Of a DNA stretch of 58,420 nucleotides, positions 27,492 to 36,182 are shown piece after piece. The position numbers and the translations under genes were made by a program. The notes under the pieces were generated by a model. It did no database searches. It had not been told where the DNA came from and saw only the letters and a list, made by a program, of their open reading frames with translations. Each line of letters starts with the position of its first letter. Position 1 is the stretch's first letter. Location of the stretch: the IMG/VR virus record IMGVR_UViG_3300026543_000167, positions 1 to 58,420 of that record; one strand, written 5' to 3'. This stretch comes from a virus. Lineage: Duplodnaviria > Caudoviricetes.

Positions 27492-28240
27492 GTTTTCACC
27501 CCGTTCTTCGCTTCATTAGCGAGAAATTCAAGTTCTTTAAATCGAGCATCGTATTGATCCGCTGGGATTTTCTCGGGCATTGAAATGTCATGCTCATTAA
27601 GTTCGGCCTTCATTTTCTTCGTGGCTATTTTCAATCGGATACATTCTTTTCGATATGCGGTGGCCTGGTCTGAAGTTATAAAATTGTCGTGTATGATTGG
27701 AGTTACTGGGTCCAGCGGGATATCGTCTTGGTCTTTTGGCGGGATCTCTTTAGAAAGTGCGGCTTTTTCTTTGTCGGTGAGGATTTTGTTCGTGGTTTCG
27801 TTATGGCCGTTTCCATTATCACCATTGTCTACCGGTTCCCCATCACTGTCGCCCGGAGCAATGCCCACCATTGCCATAAGCCCATAACGCCTAGCATAGG
27901 TCATGGTGATCCCGTAAGTTTGCGGGTCGGTGGCATCCACCCAACCGCTTCCTTTTTTGCGGGTTTGTAATTTCATTCTTATGGAACCTTTAATCCACTG
28001 ACCAGAAGAATGGAGGAGGAGGGTAATGAGGTTTAAAAATCCGTGATCGGATTGGCCGGGGTATTGAACTACGGATAGTTCATTTTTACTTAAAGCTGTT
28101 CGACATGCATCCCAACAACTTGCTAAATCTGCGTAATTGGACTCATGAAATTTATTCCAAGTTTCCTTGTGCGCTAGTGATATTTCACCTTGAGCTTTTG
28201 CCAAGGCAATCGCTAGATCTTTAATTTCTTCAGTTTGCAT
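27488..28240 (-). CDS. erf: ERF-family ssDNA-annealing protein
   Basis: ALAKAQ...YADL...LLHSSGQWI...PQ..G...TYARRY.L.AMVGIA..D.DG. Confidence 0.92.
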   Translation of the reverse strand: MQTEEIKDLAIALAKAQGEISLAHKETWNKFHESNYADLASCWDACRTALSKNELSVVQYPGQSDHGFLNLITLLLHSSGQWIKGSIRMKLQTRKKGSGWVDATDPQTYGITMTYARRYGLMAMVGIAPGDSDGEPVDNGDNGNGHNETTNKILTDKEKAALSKEIPPKDQDDIPLDPVTPIIHDNFITSDQATAYRKECIRLKIATKKMKAELNEHDISMPEKIPADQYDARFKELEFLANEAKNGVKT

Positions 28241-28380
28241 TTTTCCATCCCCATGAAAAAAAGTTTATAATTCTCCCCAAGCCCGACACGCCTTCCAATC
28301 GAACGTGCCGGACCGGGGATGGAAACCGCCTTAAAGGGAAGGCGGCTTCAGCTTCAACTAAAACGGGTCACACGACCCAT

Positions 28381-28713
28381 TCATTTGCACTCAACGAAAT
28401 CCGAGGTCTTTACGCCGTTATCGGCGGGATCAAAAGTATCGGCTTCAATCTCGTCATTTAATTCTTCGATTTCCTTTTCATGGCAATCAATCGCGTACTC
28501 AATCCCATCTGGGAATTGTTTGTCAAAGTGAGCCGCTTCTTTCTTTGCCTGTATTAAGAAAAATTTAGTTTTGTTGTGGTCAAGGCCATTCTGGGCAGCG
28601 TCTAAATTGGCATACATTTTAGTAATCATCTGATGCATGCCCAAAACCTTGCCCATTAAGGTCCAATACTCATTTTGCAATTTGTCTGATTTCTCTAATT
28701 CGTTGTCAGTCAT
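28381..28713 (-). CDS. Hypothetical protein, first gene of the leftward early operon
   Basis: GGAG RBS; divergent from the repressor. Confidence 0.6.
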   Translation of the reverse strand: MTDNELEKSDKLQNEYWTLMGKVLGMHQMITKMYANLDAAQNGLDHNKTKFFLIQAKKEAAHFDKQFPDGIEYAIDCHEKEIEELNDEIEADTFDPADNGVKTSDFVECK

Positions 28714-29013
28714 GTTTGTATTCTCCGTTCAATTTCAGCAAACTATCTAGTTGACTTGTTAAGTTCATTTAATTAATATCTAGCTCTCAAACCTAGACGC
28801 GACTACTAAGTAACTAAAATATTAGCTTTTATGCTATAATGTGAATGCCCCCTTGGGCACAAGTAATGACGGATTCTTGGCAGAAGTACCGAGACGGTTG
28901 TATCCGCAGGGGCAAATTTGTTTGTTTTTGGGTTTTGTTCATCAGCCAAGAATCCTTTGTTGAACGATATTATTCATTCACTGTAGTGAATAGCTTACTC
29001 ACCGGGAGTACAG

Positions 29014-29451
29014 ATGTCAACCAAAAAGACTAATATACCTGAAAAAGATTCACTGGGCGAACGATTTTGCTTAGTTAGGTCAGAATCTGGCCTTACTATG
29101 AGCAAATTCGGGGATTCTATTAAGGTATCTGGTGGTTATATAAATGATATCGAGAAGGGGATAAAAACAAACGTAGGAACTGGTGTGATTCTTTTGGTAT
29201 GTAAAATTTATGATTTAAACTTTCCTTGGCTATTGACAGGACACGGGAATAAACGCTATCCTTCTAAAATCCAAAACATACATGGGGATGATAAAGAAAC
29301 AAAATCTTCAGGGGAGGATAATTTTATGTTATTTAAGGTGATTCAAGAACTTGGATACCTGCAACAGGAACTAGTGAATGTCAAGCGAAGACTTGAAAAA
29401 CTAGAATCCTTAATGCCGGGTCAGCAAAAAAAAAATCAGCCAAATAATTGA
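29014..29451 (+). CDS. XRE/CI-like repressor
   Basis: LGER...VR...GLT..KFG..I.VS...I..IEKG...WLLTG.G. Confidence 0.85.
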   Translation: MSTKKTNIPEKDSLGERFCLVRSESGLTMSKFGDSIKVSGGYINDIEKGIKTNVGTGVILLVCKIYDLNFPWLLTGHGNKRYPSKIQNIHGDDKETKSSGEDNFMLFKVIQELGYLQQELVNVKRRLEKLESLMPGQQKKNQPNN

Positions 29452-29602
29452 AAGTAATTCACACAATATTCGTTGTATAAATAGCCTAAATTCCAATGGA
29501 ACTTGTATGCAAGGCAAATGTAAAGGCAATCCGAGCCTTTGTAAATTCAGCAAGGTCGGTGAAGGATATAATGTGGAAAGAGGAAAACCTTGATCTAGCG
29601 TA

Positions 29603-30049
29603 GTGGGGGAGGGGCCATGCGTTATAGTTCATATCCATTGTTGCTTTATAAAAGGAGCCCTGTTTATGTCATTTAAAAATGTTCTAATTACATTAAAAAA
29701 TGAGCGAGAAGAAGCAAATCAGAAACATGATGATTTTATTCAACAACTCGATCTCATTATCAACAATGTTGAATCAATGTTCAATCCAGCGGTTAAGGAA
29801 ATAAATAAAAACCTCCCGCAAACGAACGGTAATCATAAAAAAGTTCAATTTGATGAGATTGAAAAAATCATTCGGACTGCTAAAAAGACTATTCATATAG
29901 ATGAAATCTGTGAAATAATTGGAAGCCAGAGGGGCTCAGAAGTTTCAAGGATTTCGATATCGATGCTTATTTCACATCATTTTAGGAAATTTAAACGTAA
30001 ATCAGCAATAACGGAAACAGAAAAGCACCATTACCGAATAAAAAAATAA
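29603..30049 (+). CDS. Coiled-coil plus winged-HTH-like protein
   Basis: Likely start at MSFK (RBS AGGAG). Confidence 0.5.
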   Translation: MGEGPCVIVHIHCCFIKGALFMSFKNVLITLKNEREEANQKHDDFIQQLDLIINNVESMFNPAVKEINKNLPQTNGNHKKVQFDEIEKIIRTAKKTIHIDEICEIIGSQRGSEVSRISISMLISHHFRKFKRKSAITETEKHHYRIKK

Positions 30050-30109
30050 AATCTGGTTTTCCTATATTTTGGTAGACAAATATCGGAATCTCTACTATTC
30101 TTGTTAATA

Positions 30110-30204
30110 GCGTGAGATCTTCGAGAATTAAATTATAGTTTCAAAATGCCCGATCAAGTTTGTTAGGTCTCGAAGCCTTCACGCCTTGGTCGGGCATTTT
30201 TTTT
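30110..30204 (+). promoter_or_regulatory. Attenuator-like leader upstream of the outer-membrane protein gene
   Basis: Terminator stem 30143-30158/30185-30200 plus T run. The loop is complementary to 30110-30126. Confidence 0.55.
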
Positions 30205-30227
30205 GATTTTTAACTGGAGGAGATTTT

Positions 30228-30860
30228 ATGAAAAAGTTTATCAATGTTTTATTCGTGGTCGTGGTATTGCTTTTTGCAACCAATTCATTTGCAGGTAATG
30301 TTTATTTTTCAGGTTCGGGTGGTGTGAATTTTTTAACGGATGCGACTTTGGAAAATGAAATTCCCAGTCCAGACGAAGAAGTTTCTTACGATACAGGATT
30401 TAATGTCGGCGGAGCTATTGGTTATGATTTCGGTCAGTTTCGTACAGAATTTGAAATTGCTTATCGACAGAATGATTTAGATAAGAATACCGTTGGGATT
30501 GTTAGCCTTGAGTTGGATGGCAATGTTTCCGCAACCAGTTATTTATTTAACGCGTTTTATGATATCGAAAATAACAGTTCAATCACACCGTATATTGGTG
30601 GAGGCATTGGGATCGCAACAGTTAGCATAAATGATGGTGGTTTTTTAGGTTTCCCGGTCACTATTGATGACTCAGCGACGGTTTTTGCCTGGAAATTTGG
30701 TGTCGGCGCAGCCTATGAGGTTATTCCCAAAATGTCCTTTACTGCTGGCTATGAACTTTTCGGAACAGCTGATCCTGGGTTTGAGAATCTTCTTGGTGAA
30801 AAGTTTGATGCTGAATATTTGAGTCACAACATAAATCTGGGTCTCAGATATGCGTTTTAA
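30228..30860 (+). CDS. Outer-membrane beta-barrel protein (Opa/OmpA-like)
   Basis: Signal peptide, GYDFG.FR.E.E, TPYIGGGIG and C-terminal GLRYAF. Confidence 0.9.
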   Translation: MKKFINVLFVVVVLLFATNSFAGNVYFSGSGGVNFLTDATLENEIPSPDEEVSYDTGFNVGGAIGYDFGQFRTEFEIAYRQNDLDKNTVGIVSLELDGNVSATSYLFNAFYDIENNSSITPYIGGGIGIATVSINDGGFLGFPVTIDDSATVFAWKFGVGAAYEVIPKMSFTAGYELFGTADPGFENLLGEKFDAEYLSHNINLGLRYAF

Positions 30861-31030
30861 ACGCAAACTCAATTTTTAATACCCTCCAAGGGGGTGATGG
30901 AATTGTTATTTGATAGTCATTCCTTGATTATCTATGATTCTATTCACCCCTTTGGTTTTCTTCTGACCTTTTCAATTTTTCTGATTTAATCTGGGTTTGT
31001 ATTTAGCGATTAACTTTTTGAGGTAGGAAT

Positions 31031-31252
31031 ATGAATAAGACTATCGAAGTAGTTGTTTTCCCAGATGGCCGTATGGATGTTCCGAATGCGGCGGATTATT
31101 TAGGGTTGAAACAAAAAACGTTGGCAATGATGAGGTGTCAGGGGACAGGCCCACAATTCATCAAACGTGGAAGGGTTTTCTATTTTAAAGAAGATTTGGA
31201 CGAATGGATCATGCGGGAAGGTAAACGCACCAGCACTGCCAAGGGAGCTTAG
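31031..31252 (+). CDS. Excisionase-like HTH protein
   Basis: AADYLGL..KTLA..R..G.GP.FIK.GRVFY...DLDEW. Confidence 0.85.
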   Translation: MNKTIEVVVFPDGRMDVPNAADYLGLKQKTLAMMRCQGTGPQFIKRGRVFYFKEDLDEWIMREGKRTSTAKGA

Positions 31253-31301
31253 TCTAACTCTAGGCTCGTATTCAATTGGATTTTTATAAAAGGAGAGTTC
31301 A

Positions 31302-31649
31302 ATGGTAACAAAGAAAGTGACCAAGAAAATATCCAAGCAAACAACCAAGAAAAAGACCGCTCATAGTAATGAATTAAATCTAAATGGTGCTGTTCCTGAT
31401 TTTGTTAAAGCCATCAAAATCATGAAGAATATAATGCCTCCTACAAATAGGTGGGGTGGAGGGAAATGGGATCATTTGATTGTTAGACTGGAAGAAGGGG
31501 ATTGTATCGAATTGGAAACGAAACAAGCGGCTGCATTTGGCAATCGTGCTCGTCATTTAGGGTATGTCGTTGTGTTGAGAAAACACACTAAAGATTCAAC
31601 TCGTGTTTGGTTTGAAGGTTTAGACCCGCATTTTAAACCAAAAAAGTAG
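31302..31649 (+). CDS. Hypothetical basic DNA-binding-like protein
   Basis: AGGAG RBS; K-rich N-terminus. Confidence 0.55.
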   Translation: MVTKKVTKKISKQTTKKKTAHSNELNLNGAVPDFVKAIKIMKNIMPPTNRWGGGKWDHLIVRLEEGDCIELETKQAAAFGNRARHLGYVVVLRKHTKDSTRVWFEGLDPHFKPKK

Positions 31650-31677
31650 GCATCTGGGTGAAATAAAGGGGGATGAG

Positions 31678-31926
31678 TTGGGAGAACGAATAGCTTTTAT
31701 ATATAATTTTTCAAGTGGTGAAATTGTAGAGGGCGATTGTGTTTTTGCGAAAAAGGAGACGGACAAGTGTGCTAAATTTACATTTAAGAAAAAAATGACA
31801 AATCCATTTTTTGTTCAAGTTGAGTCTCCGAAATGCCAGGAATATTGCATATCCTTCAATGACGGGAATTTTGGGATAGAATTCGTCGATAAGCCGGACG
31901 AGGTATTGTTCTTAGTTGAATATTGA
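31678..31926 (+). CDS. Hypothetical protein
   Basis: RBS GGGGATGAG. Confidence 0.45.
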   Translation: MGERIAFIYNFSSGEIVEGDCVFAKKETDKCAKFTFKKKMTNPFFVQVESPKCQEYCISFNDGNFGIEFVDKPDEVLFLVEY

Positions 31927-31973
31927 AAATCCATAAGAATAGCTATCCACAACTGGGTCATCGGTTATTTTCA

Positions 31974-32258
31974 TTATTTACTTGTTAAAAATTCCCACGA
32001 TTTCCAAAAAAGAGCGGTAGCTCCAGTTCCGGCAACTACCCATAGATAATTAATCTTTTTTATCATCCCAGAGGTTCGATCTCTCCCCCGCAGTATATCT
32101 TCATGTTCTGCGACAGTTTCCCCTAAATGACTGCATTCCGTTTGTAATTGATTAAATATCAGTTTTTGGCGTTTTTCATTTTCATCAAATTTTTCTTCGA
32201 TACGAGCGAGTATACGATTTTCAGTTTGATTTAAATCATCTTTGGTAATTTCGCCCAT
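31974..32258 (-). CDS. Coiled-coil protein with C-terminal TM (possible holin-like)
   Basis: Last gene of the late operon. Confidence 0.45.
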   Translation of the reverse strand: MGEITKDDLNQTENRILARIEEKFDENEKRQKLIFNQLQTECSHLGETVAEHEDILRGRDRTSGMIKKINYLWVVAGTGATALFWKSWEFLTSK

Positions 32259-32278
32259 TTTATATTCCTAGTGAAATA

Positions 32279-34075
32279 TTATATTCGGAGTTTATTCGTC
32301 ATTTTAGCTGAACAAACTATTACCCCTTTTGGAGCGCCTCTTTGCAACTCTGTATTATCTATCCTGATATAACCGTTGTGAAATAAGTCCAAAGCAGAAT
32401 CTCCGAAATTTTTCATTCTTTCCAAATTCTCAACAATCTTAGACATAGGATCAATTAAAACTATAATGTCATTTGACAAATCATTCCCCTGAAAGGGATG
32501 AGGTATTAAATCCATATCAGAATTCTTAAAACTATTTGTTATTTCTATTGATTGGGTTTCAAAAGGATTATCGTCTTCAAGAGAAGCTCCTTTTTTAAAC
32601 CTTCCAATTGATCGATATCTTTTACCATTTTTATAAATAAAATTTGGCGCAATATTTGTTGGCCCATTGTTTGCCCATGGAGGGTCAGGTGATAGGTATA
32701 AATTTATTATTAATCCAGTCACTTTTTGGATTCTTGCAAAAAGAAAACTATGCACATCACCATCACCTAAATCATAAGGGGGAGAAGCTTGAACAAATCT
32801 TTGAACCCCAGTGGTTGTTTTACTTGAGGAATTTCCATTGCCATCTATAGTCAATAATATAACAGTCGCAAACGTTGAACTGACAACAGCATCATCTGGG
32901 CCTGTCCACCCACCCGTAGAAGCGGAAACTACAACATGTTTAATTTGCGGAAAAAATCCATACTGTCCGCCGGGAAGAGTTACCAATGAAGTTGCTCGCA
33001 CTGTTGAGCTTGATATGAACGAAACTTCTCCAGTAGTAGTATTCAAATCCCCCTGGGAAATAGATACGGATCCCCATTTTAATCCTGTCGTTTCTGCAGA
33101 ATCGGCTATCAAAACTTGATCATTGGAACCAACAGGGAATCTGACATCACTTGTATCAAAAGTGTATAAATCACCTTTCGTTGTCAAGGGTGAAGTAAAG
33201 GCTATAGTGGTGCCATCAGCTTTGGCTATATTTGTATTGATGACTGTTGAAGAGGTTAGCTGATAGAATTCCAAAACATCACCGGCAGCAGCCGTGAAAT
33301 CAGCAGCACCACGCATTACAAGACTGGCAGAATTGGTGAATGTAGGAGTACTGTCCATCTGGAATGTATAAAACGTTCCAACTATTCCGTTGATTGTGGC
33401 AATGGGTCCGGTCGATCCGGTAATGTCAAAATAATTGCCATCATTATCAGGGACAGTGATTGAAGAGGCGGAAGCAATGTCAGTACCTTTTGTCTGACGT
33501 TTGGTTTTTACATTTGCATTTATCCACTGGAAATTATCAGAAGTCGAATTGTAAATAACAATAAGGCTCTGGTTTGCTGTAATATCTCCAGGATCTAACG
33601 CCTGATCAAAATTCTTAAAAATTGATTTTGCACCAACCGTATCGACATCCAGAGTCACGCCTGTGGAAGTATTTGTACCTGCCGCATTGAAAACAAAAAT
33701 TTGTTTATCAACATAACTTGCAATTACATCACTTGTGGAAGCAGTGATTGCATTCGCTCCAGAAACGCTTATTAATTCTAAAAATTCTGATACAGCAGCA
33801 GACCCAAGATCCAGATCCAAGGTATGCTGAACCCCAAGGACATTTTCAACCCGCAAACTATATATTCCAGGTATCCATATTTTATTGGCAGCAATTCCAT
33901 CTGACCCTAACGTCTGAGGGTTGGTTAAAGAGATTGTAAGATCCCGATCAGAAAAAATAGACAATGGGTTGCCCACTGGCTCCAGGCCATTAATCCCTAT
34001 ATAAACTTTACCTCCAACAAGAGGAAGTCCAGCTTCATCAAAGTAAGCTATGTTTTCAAGAAGTTGAGCAGCCAT
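32279..34075 (-). CDS. Tail fibre/spike protein 2
   Basis: P22 head-binding-like N-terminus (GLPLVGGKVYIG..G.EP...NPQTL..DG); paralog of 34622-35878. Confidence 0.8.
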   Translation of the reverse strand: MAAQLLENIAYFDEAGLPLVGGKVYIGINGLEPVGNPLSIFSDRDLTISLTNPQTLGSDGIAANKIWIPGIYSLRVENVLGVQHTLDLDLGSAAVSEFLELISVSGANAITASTSDVIASYVDKQIFVFNAAGTNTSTGVTLDVDTVGAKSIFKNFDQALDPGDITANQSLIVIYNSTSDNFQWINANVKTKRQTKGTDIASASSITVPDNDGNYFDITGSTGPIATINGIVGTFYTFQMDSTPTFTNSASLVMRGAADFTAAAGDVLEFYQLTSSTVINTNIAKADGTTIAFTSPLTTKGDLYTFDTSDVRFPVGSNDQVLIADSAETTGLKWGSVSISQGDLNTTTGEVSFISSSTVRATSLVTLPGGQYGFFPQIKHVVVSASTGGWTGPDDAVVSSTFATVILLTIDGNGNSSSKTTTGVQRFVQASPPYDLGDGDVHSFLFARIQKVTGLIINLYLSPDPPWANNGPTNIAPNFIYKNGKRYRSIGRFKKGASLEDDNPFETQSIEITNSFKNSDMDLIPHPFQGNDLSNDIIVLIDPMSKIVENLERMKNFGDSALDLFHNGYIRIDNTELQRGAPKGVIVCSAKMTNKLRI

Positions 34076-34101
34076 GGTTCATTTCTTTTATCCAAGGTAA
34101 T

Positions 34102-34166
34102 AAAAAAAAGGCTAACCGGACGGGGAGTTCCCGTTCGATCAGCCTTGAGTTTTTGCTCGGTAGACT
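34102..34166 (-). terminator. Conserved late-operon leader/terminator element, copy 1 of 4
   Basis: AGTCTACCGAGCA.A.ACTCAAGG followed by a GC stem and U-tract. Confidence 0.7.
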
Positions 34167-34193
34167 TTTATTTTTCCTGCTTTATTTACTCAG

Positions 34194-34622
34194 TTAATCA
34201 TTTAATTGTTCGGGCCATGCATTTTTTAATTGATCAGGAGTTGCATATTGTTCAAGATCAAAAACCTGCGGAATATCTCTAAGGGCCTGCCTCTTACCTC
34301 TTAATGACAGAATATCTTCACCATTATCTTCTGACCTTTTTATTTCCAAATCCATTGCATCAAGTTTTTCATTGCGTTTGGCTCTGATTCTATCCATGTG
34401 AATTTTACGAGCCTTTGACATACCTACATCGACCCATTCACCTGTAGCGTCCCATGCGTTTCGAAAAGTCCGGTCAGACGGTATTGCTGAATCATCGACA
34501 ATCGTGCAAGCTTTCCCTGCTGGGACAGAATTGGCCGCAATTTCATCAATGGTTAACCCAGAATTCTTGCCATAAAATATAAACGACAACCCACCTTCGT
34601 CATTTTTATAAATTATTTTCAT
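34194..34622 (-). CDS. Tail fibre assembly/chaperone protein
   Basis: VPAG...IVD...IPSDRTFRNAW...R.KR..L..D....RQALRD.P. Confidence 0.75.
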   Translation of the reverse strand: MKIIYKNDEGGLSFIFYGKNSGLTIDEIAANSVPAGKACTIVDDSAIPSDRTFRNAWDATGEWVDVGMSKARKIHMDRIRAKRNEKLDAMDLEIKRSEDNGEDILSLRGKRQALRDIPQVFDLEQYATPDQLKNAWPEQLND

Positions 34623-35878
34623 TATTGATCCCCGAAAAAAGCAACGTTAATTGTACTTAAAGGGTCGATAAGTGCTTGAGTATCGGTTCTTGTTAATATA
34701 AGTTGACATGCAGATGTCGTTTTGGTTGCTCCCTCATTAAGAACAGCTGTCGGGCTTGTATCATCAGTCATACCGATAACAATATAAGAAGAACTTGAAA
34801 AGTTGGTTGTAAAGTTTACCGTCCAATCCCCTGTTCCATTGTCTGTGACCGAGGTAACATTAAAATCTGCGCCAATAGTCCCGGACAAGTTAAATTCAAC
34901 CCATGCCTTCGCTGCCGATAAATGAAATTGCTGTCTTCCTGGTGTAACAGGAACCGTTAGGCTGGAGCCAGTTTCTTGTTCTGCCTGAGTCGCCGCTGTA
35001 AACATGGCGGTGGGTTTTCCATCGCCTCTGGAAATAGCATAAAGCCTGCAGGTTGAACTGGTGAGCATGAAAACTTTAAAGATATCACCAGCGGCAGCCG
35101 TGTAATCGACGCCTCCCTCGATGACAATGCTGGCAGAATCAGTGAAGGTAGGAGTGCTATCTGTTTGGAAGGTATATTCAGTATCGGCGATGCCATTGAT
35201 CTGAGTTACCGGACCGGTGGACCCGGTAATATCAAAAACATTTCCGTCATTATTGGGAACGGTGATCGATGAAGCCGAGGCGATGTCCGTCCCTTTAGTT
35301 TGGCGCTTGGTTTTGACACTGGCATCCACCCATGCAAAATTATCGGAAGCAGAATTATAGGCAACCCGGATGACCTGGTTGAGGGTAAAATCGCCGGGAT
35401 CAAGTGATTGATTGAAATTCTTAACAACTGCTATTGCGCCTACACCGTCAATGTTTAATGTGACGCTTGTGGTATTCGTTATTACTACTGTAAATGTATA
35501 AAGCTCCTTATCAACATAAAAACTTATCCCTAAAGCTGTATTTGCAGTTATTGCATTTGAACCTGTTACATTTGTTAAAGTGGTTGTCCCTGTTTCTACA
35601 GCAGCCCCAAGATCCAAATCTAAAGTGTGTTGAACCCCAAGGACACTTTCAACTCTTAGGCTATATGTCCCTGGGATCCATATTTTATTGGCAGCAATGC
35701 CATCTGTCCCTAATGTCTGAGGGTTGGTTAAGGTGGTGGTTTGATCTCGATCAGCATATATGGTGATTGGATTGCCAACAGGTTCCAGGCCATTTTCGCC
35801 AATATAGACCTTACCTCCGACCAGCGGAAGACCGTCATCGCCGAAATATTGGAGGTTTTCGAGTAATTGGGCGGACAT
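34622..35878 (-). CDS. Tail fibre/spike protein 1
   Basis: Head-binding-like N-terminus; C-terminal AKAWV.F...NV.SVTDNGTGD.TVNF domain. Confidence 0.8.
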   Translation of the reverse strand: MSAQLLENLQYFGDDGLPLVGGKVYIGENGLEPVGNPITIYADRDQTTTLTNPQTLGTDGIAANKIWIPGTYSLRVESVLGVQHTLDLDLGAAVETGTTTLTNVTGSNAITANTALGISFYVDKELYTFTVVITNTTSVTLNIDGVGAIAVVKNFNQSLDPGDFTLNQVIRVAYNSASDNFAWVDASVKTKRQTKGTDIASASSITVPNNDGNVFDITGSTGPVTQINGIADTEYTFQTDSTPTFTDSASIVIEGGVDYTAAAGDIFKVFMLTSSTCRLYAISRGDGKPTAMFTAATQAEQETGSSLTVPVTPGRQQFHLSAAKAWVEFNLSGTIGADFNVTSVTDNGTGDWTVNFTTNFSSSSYIVIGMTDDTSPTAVLNEGATKTTSACQLILTRTDTQALIDPLSTINVAFFGDQ

Positions 35879-35969
35879 AGATTTATCCTTTACTTTGCTC
35901 GAAAATCAGGTATAATTGAAACACTATGAAACATCCTGACCTGGAAAATCTCAATTTGGAGCACCTGAA

Positions 35970-36182
35970 ATGATTATGAAATTGTCTGTTGCGGTTAATG
36001 TTTTTCTGAACGCTGTCGTTTATCTTATTTTTCTCGTTGCAGCGGGTGCAAATTTCTATTTCAATGCTTTGATTTTAGGTGTAGTTGGTTTATTCGTTCT
36101 CTATCTTCTTTTGGCATGGATTCTTGGCCTTTTGGATGATATGTTCGGGAATTGGGAAAAAAGCCATAACTCACGGGTTTAA
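35970..36182 (+). CDS. Small membrane protein (moron, opposite strand)
   Basis: Two hydrophobic helices; TATAAT at about 35911. Confidence 0.5.
   Translation: MIMKLSVAVNVFLNAVVYLIFLVAAGANFYFNALILGVVGLFVLYLLLAWILGLLDDMFGNWEKSHNSRV

Noticed and set aside
32279-35878. Diversity-generating retroelement acting on the tail fibres
   Set aside because: No reverse transcriptase and no adenine-specific TR/VR pair noticed; the similarity is at the N-termini.
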